Positions 1-10,123 of a stretch of DNA of 64,000 nucleotides are shown in pieces. Source of the DNA: Candidatus Latescibacterota bacterium (GTDB taxonomy: Bacteria > Latescibacterota > UBA2968 > UBA8231). The notes beneath the pieces were generated by a model that was given only the letters and a program-made list of their open reading frames with translations, did no database searches and had not been told where the DNA came from. How positions within the stretch are numbered: the first letter of the stretch is position 1; every line of letters starts with the position of its first letter. A program made the position numbers and the translations under genes. The stretch is from assembly GCA_965248265.1 (NCBI GenBank), contig CBDFJF010000001.1, positions 1,184,001 through 1,248,000 of the forward strand, in the 5' to 3' direction.

Positions 1-999
1 GATGTCGCCGATATTGTCTTCGATCACTTCGGCCGAATCTTGCTGGATCACCAGCTCAACGCCGTCGGCCTCCAGCGACTGGTTCAACCTTGCAATCGTC
101 TCGCGCGCTGATTTGGCCAGCGCCAGCAGGTTGGCTTCCCGGTCGCTGACCAGAGAAATGGATACCGCTTCCATGCCGTTGACCCGGGAGATACTCTCGC
201 CAATGGCAGTACCGTCGAAGATGGTCGCGATCTGCCCCAGGCGCAGTCCGTCCTCGGGCCGGATGATGGTTTCTTCGAGCTCCTCAAGGGAATCGAAGTC
301 GCTGACCAGGTTGACGAAGAACCGTTGCCGGCCGTCGTAGGCCTCGCCCAAGTATTTTCGCTGCGCAGATGCCTGTTGGATTCGGTCGTTCACCGAGGAC
401 AGCGTCAGTCCGTAGCTGTGCATGACGTCCTCGTTCAGCACAACCTCGACCAGTTGCTTGCGCCCGCCGTAGATGACGACATTGGCCATACCGTCCAGCC
501 GCTCCAACTCAGGGACGACCCTTTCATCCAGCACGTGGCGAATTTGATCCAATGTCCCGACGCCGCGCGCATCCAGCGACATGAAGCGGGTCGCCATCTG
601 CTCGGTATCGATCTTGAACACCATCACGAAGAACTCATCGCTCAGATCGGCTCGCGCCGCCGCCACGCGTTCCTGCAACTTGAGAAAGGCATACTTCTGA
701 TTGCTGTCGCGCGTGTAGTAGACGAACAGCATGGCTGACTGCTGTTCTATGTAAGACTCGATCCGTTCAATTCCTTCCAAACCCGCTATGGCGCTTTCCA
801 GGGGGATTACCGCTTGACGTTCCAGGTATTGCGGATCTGATTCCTGCTGGGTCTGTTGTACCCGCACAGTCAGCATGGGTAGTTCAGCGAAGGGAATGAG
901 CTCGACGGGCAGTCGCTGGTAGGAAATAACCCCGAGTATGCTTGCCCCGATCAGGAGCATGCACACCATCACGGGTCTTCGCAGGAAGAAGGCGATCAA
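1..999 (-). CDS. AcrB/AcrD/AcrF-family RND efflux permease, 5' part only (runs off window)
   Basis: Not in the ORF track because no stop falls in the window. Manual translation from TTG at 999 gives MIAFFLRRPVMVCMLLIGASILGVISYQRLPVELIP...PLESAIAGLEGIERIES...LDGMANVVIYGGRKQLVEV, a typical RND TM1 plus porter domain. It starts 13 bp after the upstream RND stop. Confidence 0.9.
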   Translation of the reverse strand, partial: MIAFFLRRPVMVCMLLIGASILGVISYQRLPVELIPFAELPMLTVRVQQTQQESDPQYLERQAVIPLESAIAGLEGIERIESYIEQQSAMLFVYYTRDSNQKYAFLKLQERVAAARADLSDEFFVMVFKIDTEQMATRFMSLDARGVGTLDQIRHVLDERVVPELERLDGMANVVIYGGRKQLVEVVLNEDVMHSYGLTLSSVNDRIQQASAQRKYLGEAYDGRQRFFVNLVSDFDSLEELEETIIRPEDGLRLGQIATIFDGTAIGESISRVNGMEAVSISLVSDREANLLALAKSARETIARLNQSLEADGVELVIQQDSAEVIEDNIGDI

Positions 1000-1012
1000 G
1001 GAGATCTCTCGG

Positions 1013-4000
1013 TCACGCGGGGGTCACCCGCAGGCGGTCGACGCGGGCCAGCAGATGGTAGACACAGGGAATCACCACCAGGGATAGAGCGGTGGAGGTC
1101 ACCAGGCCACCGATCACGGCGATGGCCATCGGAGCACGCAGGGCCGCACCCTCTCCGGCGCCGATTGCCAGAGGCAGCAGGGCGAGCATCGTCGTCACAC
1201 TCGTCATCACGATTGGCCGGATTCGCGTCTGTCCGGCGTTGATGATCGCCTCCCTGAGTTCCTGACCGCCACGTCGGTTCTGGTTGATACGATCGACGAG
1301 TATGATCGAGTCATTGACGGAGATTCCCGTCAGCATGATGATACCGATGAAGGACATCACATTGAGCGGCATCGACAACGCCATCAACAGAACCACGGCG
1401 CCGACCCCGGCCAGGGGGATCGTCAGTAGAATCACGAAGGGATGGACCAGCGATTCGAACTGAGCCGCCATCACCATGTAGACCATGACCACGGCCAGCA
1501 ACAACGCGAAGCGCAGACTCTCGAAGGCTTCCTGCCGCAGCTGTTCCTCCCCCGTGACAGAAAAATTGTACTCCGGAGGCCACGGTATCGCCACCAGCTC
1601 GGCCCGGACCCGTGCCACCACCCGGTCAAATGGAAGCCCGGAATCCTCCACCTCGGCACTCACCGTGGTTGTGCGTACTTGGTCGTTTCGGGTAATCGCC
1701 CTCGGTGACACGGTCGGAACCAGGCTGGCCACCTCATCCAATCGCACCTTTCGACCTTCCGGACCTTCCAGCATCACGTTCTCGAGATCCTGAACCGCCA
1801 ATCGCGGCCGCCGAATCATGATATCCGTGTACTCGCCCTGTTGTTGGAGTTGCCCCGCTTCACGGCCGGAGAGCAGGTGTTCGAGCTGGGTGCCGATGTC
1901 GTCGATCTCCATCGAGTGCTGCGCCGCCCGTATGCGGTCGATCTCGACGTCGATCTGCGGGCGACCCTGTCCCGCCGTGGTCTCGACGTTGGTGAGCTCG
2001 CTCATCGACGCCAGGCGCTCCTGCACCTGCGCGGCCAGTCGTGTCAGCACCGGGAGCTCTTTGCCCTTGATCTCGATCACCAAGGGCGCCGATGTGCGCC
2101 CGAGGCTGATTTCGAGAGCCGTCTCCTGTTGTGCGAACTGGGCCTCTATATCCGGCAACCCTGCCAGTTCCGTGCCCAGGGCCGAAATCAGATCGGCGGC
2201 TGAGAGTTTACCCTCGGGTGAGAACAGGATGTGGATGACCGCAGTGCTTTCGTCGGCCAGGACTTCCAGTGCGTCTCCCGCGCTCGCGGTACCCGTAGGG
2301 CCGACCCGCGAGTACACATGGGAGAGGTGATCGGCGAAGTTGTGCAGCAGAAAGGCTTCCAGGTTGCGCACCACGCCTTCGGTGCGCTCAAGGTGTGTGC
2401 CCTCCGGCAGTGATAACTCGACGGTAACTTCGCCACGTCCCGCTCGTGGCATGAACTCGCTGCCCAACCTTGAAAGCGATGCCGCCGTGACACCGATCAT
2501 GACGAGGGTGGCGAGAACGACCAGTCCCTTGCGGGCGATGAGCGATCCGAGCAGTCCGGCGTAGCGTGGAAAACGGATTGCACTACTGACTGGTGGTGCC
2601 CCTGCCGTTTTCAACAATCGTGTACATAGCATTGGCAAAACCGCGAGCGCCACGAACAGCGAGGAAACGAGCGAAAAGGCTACCGTCCATGCCTGCTCAC
2701 GGAACAACTCACCGGCAGCGCCGTGCAGGTAGACGATCGGCAGAAAAACGATGATCGTTGTCAGCGTCGAACTGGTAATTGCACCGCCGACTTCGGCGGT
2801 GCCCTCAATCGCCGCTTCCGTCAGCGACGAACCCCCTTCCAGCTTTCTGAAGATGCTCTCGACCACAACGATGGCGTTATCGACCAGCATGCCGGCCCCC
2901 AGTGCGAGCCCGCCCAGCGTCATCAGGTTAAGAGACAGATCGCCGAAGTACATCAAATTGAAGGTGGCGACGATGGAAATCGGAATGCCGATGCTGACGA
3001 CGGCCGTCAGCCCGATCCGACGCAGGAACACGAAGAGAACGAGGACCGCCAGAGCGATGCCGATCAGTCCGGTCTGCTCCACCTCGGTAACGGCTGCCTC
3101 GATGAAGCGTGCCTGGTCCTGCACAATTTCGATCTCGTACCCCGGGAGCGTGTGCCGCAGAATCTCGAGGTGTTCGTGAATACTCTCGGCAGCGTCAATC
3201 GTGTTGTGCCGCGCCTCCTTGTAGATCTCCAGGCCGATGCAGCGCCGGCCGTCCAGGCGCACCATGTTTTCCGGTTCGCTCAGCGTCACCCGAACCTGGG
3301 CTACTTCACGCAGGGAGACGGGCACCATCTGCTCTGCGGATGCCTGATCAGATGACGACTGATCGGATGACGGCGACTGATCTTGGCCCGGCCGCAGTGG
3401 CGTCTCCGGCGTCTTCTGCATCACTATCAGGTCGTTCAACTCATCCGCCGACGTCAGCTCTCCAACACCCTTGATCACGTAGCGGCGCCCCATCTCGACG
3501 ATGGAGCCACCGGTCATGTTGCGGTTGGCGCCCTCGATCGTCGACTTCAATTGCTCCACGGTGAGGCCGTAGGCCTCCAGGCTGTAGGCGTCGGCCAGGA
3601 CCTCCACCTCGCGCCGTCGCTCACCGACGAGCTCGACAGCGGCGACACCCGGCAGGCGGATCAACTCGGTGCGGACGATGCCCTCGGCCGTCTGCCGGAG
3701 CGCATCCAGGTCCGTTACTTCTGGATGATAGAGGGCCGCCACTACCACCGGTACGGCATTGGGGTCATGCTGGCTGACGGTCACCTCGTCGAGATCTTCC
3801 TGACGCTGTGACTGATCCGCCATCGTCTTCTGCAGATCCAGAAAGGCCTCATCCATGTCGACACGGCCCCAACCGTACTCGACCGTGATCAATGCCCGTC
3901 CGGTCTGGACTACTGTACTAACACCGGCCACGCCTCGGCCGCGGACCGCCGCTGACTCCAGTTGAGTGACGAACTGCCGCTCCATCTCTTCCGGTGGACG

Positions 4001-4162
4001 GTCGCCTGCCTTGACTTCGACAAACAGGCGCGGGTTCTGCAGATCGGGAAACAGGTCCATGCCGAGACGCTCGAAGGAGAGGTATCCCAGCAGCAGAATC
4101 GCCAGGATCAGCATCAGCACCGTGGTCGGGTAGCGGACCGAAAATCGCGGCAGCGAACGCAT
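1013..4162 (-). CDS. AcrB/AcrD/AcrF-family RND efflux permease (1049 aa)
   Basis: TM4 motif GMLVDNAIVVVE, C-terminal RIRPIVMTSVTTMLALLPLA and APMAIAVIGGL, typical length. Confidence 0.95.
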   Translation of the reverse strand: MRSLPRFSVRYPTTVLMLILAILLLGYLSFERLGMDLFPDLQNPRLFVEVKAGDRPPEEMERQFVTQLESAAVRGRGVAGVSTVVQTGRALITVEYGWGRVDMDEAFLDLQKTMADQSQRQEDLDEVTVSQHDPNAVPVVVAALYHPEVTDLDALRQTAEGIVRTELIRLPGVAAVELVGERRREVEVLADAYSLEAYGLTVEQLKSTIEGANRNMTGGSIVEMGRRYVIKGVGELTSADELNDLIVMQKTPETPLRPGQDQSPSSDQSSSDQASAEQMVPVSLREVAQVRVTLSEPENMVRLDGRRCIGLEIYKEARHNTIDAAESIHEHLEILRHTLPGYEIEIVQDQARFIEAAVTEVEQTGLIGIALAVLVLFVFLRRIGLTAVVSIGIPISIVATFNLMYFGDLSLNLMTLGGLALGAGMLVDNAIVVVESIFRKLEGGSSLTEAAIEGTAEVGGAITSSTLTTIIVFLPIVYLHGAAGELFREQAWTVAFSLVSSLFVALAVLPMLCTRLLKTAGAPPVSSAIRFPRYAGLLGSLIARKGLVVLATLVMIGVTAASLSRLGSEFMPRAGRGEVTVELSLPEGTHLERTEGVVRNLEAFLLHNFADHLSHVYSRVGPTGTASAGDALEVLADESTAVIHILFSPEGKLSAADLISALGTELAGLPDIEAQFAQQETALEISLGRTSAPLVIEIKGKELPVLTRLAAQVQERLASMSELTNVETTAGQGRPQIDVEIDRIRAAQHSMEIDDIGTQLEHLLSGREAGQLQQQGEYTDIMIRRPRLAVQDLENVMLEGPEGRKVRLDEVASLVPTVSPRAITRNDQVRTTTVSAEVEDSGLPFDRVVARVRAELVAIPWPPEYNFSVTGEEQLRQEAFESLRFALLLAVVMVYMVMAAQFESLVHPFVILLTIPLAGVGAVVLLMALSMPLNVMSFIGIIMLTGISVNDSIILVDRINQNRRGGQELREAIINAGQTRIRPIVMTSVTTMLALLPLAIGAGEGAALRAPMAIAVIGGLVTSTALSLVVIPCVYHLLARVDRLRVTPA
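3344..3382. repeat. Short imperfect 15-bp tandem duplication inside the RND gene (DQSPSSDQSSSDQ insertion)
   Basis: ctgatcagatgacga / ctgatcggatgacgg / ctgatc. Confidence 0.7.
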
Positions 4163-4164
4163 GA

Positions 4165-5244
4165 TCAGCGCGCGCCTCCGGCCGCTACGTTGGTGATCTT
4201 CACCTTCGAGCGGTTGCGCAGGGTCTCGAAGCCCTCGACCACCAGTTGCTCCTCGACCTCCAGGCCACTGAGCACCTCGATCTCGAAGCGGTTGCTCAGT
4301 CCGGTCTCCAGGCTGCGCTCTATAGCAATCCCCTTGTCCACGACGAATGCGTACTTGGTCTCTCCCCGGTCGATGATGACCTCCTTGGGGATGACGAGGG
4401 CTGAATCCTTCGACGCCACCACCACATCGACCCGCATGAACATGCCCGGACGAATGGCGAGCGAGTCGTTGGCAATGCTCAAGGTCGCCTTGAACATGCG
4501 GCTCTCCGTATCCAGAACCGGTGATACCTGCGTCACCTGCCCGCGCAAGGTGTCTACTTCAGCGTTGCCGTAGTGGGTGGCCAGTACCTCCTGACCTGGC
4601 ACGATCCTGTCGATCTCCTTCCCAGGCAGGGAGACCTCGGCGTAGAGGATGGCGTAGTCCATGATCTGTCCCACGACAGCCCCGGTCTCCAACAACTGGT
4701 TCGGGCTGTAGTGCTCAACATCGACCAGGACGCCGTCGAATGGTGCCCGGACCTCCAGCTTGACCAGCTGCAGCTGAGCGTTCTCCAGGGCGTAGCGCGC
4801 ATCGATAAAGGCCCGCTCCGCCTCGGTGAGCTCGCGCAGGGTTATGCCGCCCTTGTCGAACAGGGCCTGTTGCTTCTCGTATTCACGCTGGGCCGAGGTG
4901 AAGGCAAGCTTCTTCGAGTCCATGCCGGCCTGATTCACCAGTTCCGGGTTGTCGAGCCGGACGATGAGCTCATTCTCGAATACATCGTCCCCCATCTCAA
5001 AGGGCTTTTCGGTGCGCGGATTGTCCTGTAGCCTGTACCAACCGGCCTGCAGACAGTGCAGGTTGCCTTCGCGCTGCGCCCGAGCCGTTCCCGTGGCCGT
5101 TACATACTCGGCAATCGGCCATTGCGCCACCTTCTCGACGCGCACCGGGATGGCGGATTCGACGTCTATCTGAGGTCCTTCGTCGTCGCAGCTCCAAAAA
5201 GCGGCGAGTGCGAGAACGGCAACTGATCTGGGCAAACACTTCAT
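4165..5244 (-). CDS. RND efflux periplasmic adaptor (membrane fusion protein), probable lipoprotein
   Basis: Signal ending FWSC, coiled-coil hairpin, VRAPFDGVL lipoyl motif, IRPGMF, LVIPKE..., VETGLS...EVLSGL. Confidence 0.93.
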   Translation of the reverse strand: MKCLPRSVAVLALAAFWSCDDEGPQIDVESAIPVRVEKVAQWPIAEYVTATGTARAQREGNLHCLQAGWYRLQDNPRTEKPFEMGDDVFENELIVRLDNPELVNQAGMDSKKLAFTSAQREYEKQQALFDKGGITLRELTEAERAFIDARYALENAQLQLVKLEVRAPFDGVLVDVEHYSPNQLLETGAVVGQIMDYAILYAEVSLPGKEIDRIVPGQEVLATHYGNAEVDTLRGQVTQVSPVLDTESRMFKATLSIANDSLAIRPGMFMRVDVVVASKDSALVIPKEVIIDRGETKYAFVVDKGIAIERSLETGLSNRFEIEVLSGLEVEEQLVVEGFETLRNRSKVKITNVAAGGAR

Positions 5245-6758
5245 CGTGCACTCTCCTGATATTGCAGGTCCTTAACGGGCTCGTAGCTGACGAAGTCGTA
5301 GAGTGTGTGGATTTTCAGATCCAGCAGGGCGAGGCGGTAGTTGATCAATACCCCCACCTCGTTGATCTGCTCACGCGACAACTGGGTTTGGTAGTCGGCG
5401 ATGTCCTTCGACGACAGATCACCGTTGCGATACCGTTCCAGATTGATCTCGTAGGTCAGGCGGGCGTTGACGACGTTCTTCTCTGCAATTTCGATCTGCG
5501 TTTTCTGGGTCGACAGATTTCGATGAGCCTGGCGAATGTCGGCGGTGATGCGCTTGCGCTCCTCTGAGGCCGAAAGCTCGGTGCGGTAGACCGACTCCTG
5601 GGCTGAGGCCATGCGGTGCTGCTTCTCTCCCCAGTCGAAAAGCGGAATGTTGAAGGTCAGTGTCAGTCGCTGATTTCGCGATGGGTCATCATAGGTTCGG
5701 CCCAGCTCTTTGTCGGTGCCAGTGAGACCGAAGGTGAGATCGACAGAACCCTCGAACTCGTTCTGGGCGTCCGTCGTCACCAACGCCTGCATGGCGTCCT
5801 GGATGGCGATATCCTGCTGCCGCAGTTCCATGCGGTTCGTCAGCCCGTAATGGATCGCCTGCCGCAGATCCACCGCGACGAGCTCTTTTCGAATGACGGC
5901 ATCGACCGACAGGTCCTCATCCAGGGACATGCCCAGCAACATCTTGAACTCGTCGAGGGCATTGGCATACTCGAGTTGCACATTCTGCAGGTTGCCGGCC
6001 GCGTTTGCCCGTGTCAGATCCGCCTGCAACAGGTGCTCGCGCGCCGTGATCCCGGCCTTGACCTTGCTGTCGATGATCTCGTAACGCTCGCTGGCGTTTC
6101 TCAATTCCTCTTTGACGATCTCGACATTTCGCTGCTTCAGATAGAGGTCCAAAAACCTGCGGGTGACCTGGCTCTCGATCTGCAACCGCTGAATGGCGTG
6201 ACTTAACTGGGCGCTCTCAAGGGCGAGCTCGAGTCGTTCGAGATTGAGCTTGGTGCGATTGTAGGTGAACAACGGCTGGGAATAACTCAGCAGCAGCTGA
6301 TTGCTGTAGGTCTGCCGAGTCCCTCCGCCCGCGAACGCACTGGAAGCTTCACGCCAATCGAGAGATTGGATTATGCTCAGTGTTCCGTCCGTCAACTCGA
6401 CCGGTTGCTGAATGGCGAAGCGAACCCCAAGGTGCGTCTGCTCCTGGGTGTTGTACTGTGACGTCAGGTCACTGAACACGCGGTCCTTGGTGAACTCGTA
6501 GGGTGTCACACTCAGACCGAACCGCGACTTGAGGGCCGCCCGTTGCGCCTGCAGGTTGCGGCGATTGATCTCCAGGTTGTGACGCACGTCCTGCATCGCC
6601 GGGCTGCGGTCGAAGGCTATGGTCAGGGCCCGTTCGAGTACCAGTTCCTCGCTCACGGCCTGAGACGCTGCGAGCACGGCCGAAGCCCCAAGAGCCAACC
6701 ACGTGCCCTGCAGTTGATCTCGCAGTCGATCTCTTCGTCGAGCCTGTTTCTCAATCAT
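5241..6758 (-). CDS. TolC-family outer membrane efflux protein
   Basis: YSQPLF, FNIPLFDWG and ERYRNG repeats. ATG at 6758 forms an ATGA overlap with the upstream stop. Confidence 0.9.
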   Translation of the reverse strand: MIEKQARRRDRLRDQLQGTWLALGASAVLAASQAVSEELVLERALTIAFDRSPAMQDVRHNLEINRRNLQAQRAALKSRFGLSVTPYEFTKDRVFSDLTSQYNTQEQTHLGVRFAIQQPVELTDGTLSIIQSLDWREASSAFAGGGTRQTYSNQLLLSYSQPLFTYNRTKLNLERLELALESAQLSHAIQRLQIESQVTRRFLDLYLKQRNVEIVKEELRNASERYEIIDSKVKAGITAREHLLQADLTRANAAGNLQNVQLEYANALDEFKMLLGMSLDEDLSVDAVIRKELVAVDLRQAIHYGLTNRMELRQQDIAIQDAMQALVTTDAQNEFEGSVDLTFGLTGTDKELGRTYDDPSRNQRLTLTFNIPLFDWGEKQHRMASAQESVYRTELSASEERKRITADIRQAHRNLSTQKTQIEIAEKNVVNARLTYEINLERYRNGDLSSKDIADYQTQLSREQINEVGVLINYRLALLDLKIHTLYDFVSYEPVKDLQYQESAR

Positions 6759-9700
6759 AGTTTCTCCACCCATTTCACTGCATCAGCGATTACGGTGCGG
6801 CCATCTGCCTTGTCCGTTAGCTCGACATATGCAGACCCGGCCGGCAGACGATAAGTACCGATATGATTCCAGCCCTCCTCCAACTGAGCCAGGTCCAACT
6901 TTACGGGCTCGACGCCATCGTCGTGATACACCTGCAGATTCATCTCACTGCCCTGGCGATAACGGCCGCGGTGGTGGCGCCCCCCCCGCGATTCATTCAG
7001 AAGCCCGCAGTAGAAGTAGATCTCATACTCCCCGCTTCGATCGATCTCCGTTCGCCAGGAAACGGTGCTACGCCCATCACTGGCCCTCTTGTAACGGCCA
7101 GACAGCACGAACTGCCCGTAGAAGCGGTGATCCGTCGTCGCCTCCCAGGTTCCGGGCGGATCCCAGCGCATGCCCATGTACGGGGTCTCCCGTTCGCGCA
7201 GATCGAACCAGTCTACCAACAGACGTCGCAGGAAGTTCGCCTGCTCCGCCTCATGGACCTCGAAGCCCTCATCCTCGTTGTCTACGATATACTCGCTCGC
7301 CTCCGTCGGCGGGTCATCCGCCAGCATGGAAGTCTCCTCGCCCCTGAATGGCCGGGATCGGCGGCGAAGCTTCTGCTCCGAAAATGGGATGCTGATGATA
7401 GAGGGGATGTTCTGGGAGAGGTAGGTCTCCACCATCATCTCGGCCACCGGCCGGTCTGTCAGAATACCGATTCTTTTGCGCACTCCTGCCGGCATCGCGA
7501 TGACGGTCTCGTTTTCAACCTGTGCCTGTGTTCCGCGCATCCAGGGGCGCTCGTTGTTGCTTTCGCGCTGACGGAAACTCACCTCCACCAGTCCGTTCAC
7601 GGCGGTCGGGTTGCTGATCTCCACTTCGACTTGAGTCCGCGTGCGTTCACCATCGCGGACCAGGTAAGACTCCGCCTTGTCTACCTGGTACCCAGGCAAA
7701 TCCGGTGACCTGTACCAGCGCTCGACGATCGGCTCCGGATCTTCACCACTCAATTCCGAAATGAGACGAATCAGCTCTGCTTCGGACAGCCCCCGGTAGC
7801 GGCTGTCGTCGACCGCAGTGGTGAGCCGCTCAGCGAATTCTTCGGCCCCCGAGCTGGCCGCCAGCAGCTGCAACAGATGCCGGCCCTTGGCCTGGATAGC
7901 CGCCTTGCGCGTGTCGCGCGGCAGCTCTGTATCCCTGAGCAGGTCGGCCAGGCCTAGTTCCTTCACCGCCAGACTGGCGCGCTCGGTTGCCGTCAGACCT
8001 TGCCACCGCCTGGACATCATGTTCTCTGGCGGTTCGACCCGGTCGCGGAAATACGCCTCGAAGGCGTAGTTGAGAACTGGCCAGCGCTTCGAAGGCAGAT
8101 GTGTGACGTACGACAGGAAACAGGGCAGCAGCTTGTAGCGAGTCTCGACACCGGACTCGCTATCGAGGCTGCGCCAGACTGGAATCTCCAGCCCCAACAA
8201 GTCGAGCATGGCGAAGGTGCGCACATAACCGACTTGCAGATCCTCGGCCGTCTCAGCCTGGTTGGCCGATTCCTGTCTCCGCTTGGACTGCCGCTTCTGC
8301 CGGCGGAAATCGCAGCCCTCGCACAGGGCTCCCATTTCCGGCAGGAAGACGATTTCCGGCTGCACCGACTCCTGCGCCACCGTCCACAGACGCTCATAGG
8401 CGAAGAACTGAATCGGCGTCTCCACCAACGTGAACCGGGGATGGGGGTAGTTCATGCCCAGCGTCACCTCGTATTCGTTCCTGAGTTCGGTGATGAGCTC
8501 GGGCAATGCTCCAGCCACGGAGTCCAGGTAGGTGTCGAAGTAGTCATGCCCCGGCCTGATAGCCAGTCGATAGGTGACATCCTCGACGACGAGTTGCCGG
8601 ACCTCGTATTGACCCATCGTCAGCGACACCTGGGGCAGTGGGTCATCGGTGCGAAAGCGATGCACCCCGGTGAGCGAATCGACCTCGACGGTCCCCTGAG
8701 AAAACACCGACCATCCCTCGGGTGGCGTCACCGAAATCTCGTAGTCCGCGTAGTCACGGTGTCCGGGCTCGGGAAAGGCGGTCCCGGGGGGCACCCCGGC
8801 GCGTGGATACCAACCGGTCTCCGGCGTTAGGTGCACGAAATCAGGCCCCACCATGGAATACTGTTTCGGTACCGAATGCAGCCACAACCGGTACTGCGCC
8901 TCCATGCGTTCGTCCTCGACATCCAGATAGCAGAAGCGTTCATCGATACTACCCTGGTATTCCAGCCGCAGTTGCATGGTGTCCGCGGGTGCGAGGGCTT
9001 CGAGTGGGACCACGCGCAACAGGTGTTCATCCCGACGAAAGGTGAGCGCTGTTTCCTGAGCGGTGATCTCTTCGACTCTCAATCCCGGGTTCAGCGTCAG
9101 CAACAGCGTATCCAGTTCGGACGTGCCTTCATTCGTGATAGTCAGGTCGGCCGTAATCGCCAGTTGGTTCCCGCGTTCGTCGGCCACATCCAGCCGGCAC
9201 GCCGTCATGGTTGGAGCACTCAAGCGTGCCGCTTCACTACTCAACATGCGTAGGTGCTCCCTGTAGTCTCGCTCCGACCACCGGGCTTCCATGTAGGTGT
9301 ACCCGGACCAGCCAGCACCGCCCATGCAGCAGATCGCCACAACACCAGCACCCAGGGACGCCAGTCGCGATTGTGGCAGTCGGCTGCTCAGCAATGGCGT
9401 GATTGCGATGCATCCCAGGCCGAAAAGCAGATGCGTTCCCCGCACCAGCAATAGCTGTGTTTCATTGCCTGCCCCGATGAAATCGGACCAGTTCAGCGGT
9501 ACATGGAAAGCGAACACGTCGAAGAAGAAGTGGTAGCGGTACCCGACCATCGTCAGCGACACGATACCGATGGCGACGACCAGGACGAACACCAGGGCCT
9601 GGTTGCGCAGCAGCGTCACCAGCATTACGGCTAATCCAGTGGTGAATATCAGGGTGGGAATGACGGCCACCACGATCGCCATCACGTAAGGCTGCCATAT

Positions 9701-10123
9701 GAGTGGTACCGGCGCGAAGAAATGATGCAGCACAGCAGACACCACCAGGACGATCAGTTCGAGGACACCGAACACCGTTGCGACACCCAGTACCTTGCCG
9801 AACACGTAGTCGACGTTGGTAAAGGAGTGGACGAACACCGTTTGTACCGTGTCGTCGCGACGATCCCGTTTGACGAATTCGGTGGCCAGAAAGGCGGCGA
9901 TGGCACCCATGTAGACGTTGAGCAGTTTTATATTGCCCAGGGGCAGCCCCCCGGGCAGTGACACCACGAAGTGTGGCACATGAGACTGTGGCAAACTCAT
10001 GCCCATGTTGAACATGAACAGGAAAAACAGGGCGACTCCCAGAGACAGGCGGAATGCCCATGAGCGGCCCAGGAGTTTTGCCTCGCACAGGGCGATGTTG
10101 GCGATGGCACGCAGGTTGATCAC
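6755..10123 (-). CDS. Large ABC-2-type permease fused to an M1-aminopeptidase-like extracytoplasmic region and a C-terminal golvesin/xanthan-lyase-CBD-like domain
   Basis: The N-terminal ~280 aa are multi-TM (KRDRRDDT...YVFGKVLG). LNPGLRV and LTPETGWYP motifs follow. The C-terminus is GWNHIGTYRL...VELTD...VIADAVKW. No HExxH is present. Confidence 0.7.
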   Translation of the reverse strand: MINLRAIANIALCEAKLLGRSWAFRLSLGVALFFLFMFNMGMSLPQSHVPHFVVSLPGGLPLGNIKLLNVYMGAIAAFLATEFVKRDRRDDTVQTVFVHSFTNVDYVFGKVLGVATVFGVLELIVLVVSAVLHHFFAPVPLIWQPYVMAIVVAVIPTLIFTTGLAVMLVTLLRNQALVFVLVVAIGIVSLTMVGYRYHFFFDVFAFHVPLNWSDFIGAGNETQLLLVRGTHLLFGLGCIAITPLLSSRLPQSRLASLGAGVVAICCMGGAGWSGYTYMEARWSERDYREHLRMLSSEAARLSAPTMTACRLDVADERGNQLAITADLTITNEGTSELDTLLLTLNPGLRVEEITAQETALTFRRDEHLLRVVPLEALAPADTMQLRLEYQGSIDERFCYLDVEDERMEAQYRLWLHSVPKQYSMVGPDFVHLTPETGWYPRAGVPPGTAFPEPGHRDYADYEISVTPPEGWSVFSQGTVEVDSLTGVHRFRTDDPLPQVSLTMGQYEVRQLVVEDVTYRLAIRPGHDYFDTYLDSVAGALPELITELRNEYEVTLGMNYPHPRFTLVETPIQFFAYERLWTVAQESVQPEIVFLPEMGALCEGCDFRRQKRQSKRRQESANQAETAEDLQVGYVRTFAMLDLLGLEIPVWRSLDSESGVETRYKLLPCFLSYVTHLPSKRWPVLNYAFEAYFRDRVEPPENMMSRRWQGLTATERASLAVKELGLADLLRDTELPRDTRKAAIQAKGRHLLQLLAASSGAEEFAERLTTAVDDSRYRGLSEAELIRLISELSGEDPEPIVERWYRSPDLPGYQVDKAESYLVRDGERTRTQVEVEISNPTAVNGLVEVSFRQRESNNERPWMRGTQAQVENETVIAMPAGVRKRIGILTDRPVAEMMVETYLSQNIPSIISIPFSEQKLRRRSRPFRGEETSMLADDPPTEASEYIVDNEDEGFEVHEAEQANFLRRLLVDWFDLRERETPYMGMRWDPPGTWEATTDHRFYGQFVLSGRYKRASDGRSTVSWRTEIDRSGEYEIYFYCGLLNESRGGRHHRGRYRQGSEMNLQVYHDDGVEPVKLDLAQLEEGWNHIGTYRLPAGSAYVELTDKADGRTVIADAVKWVEKL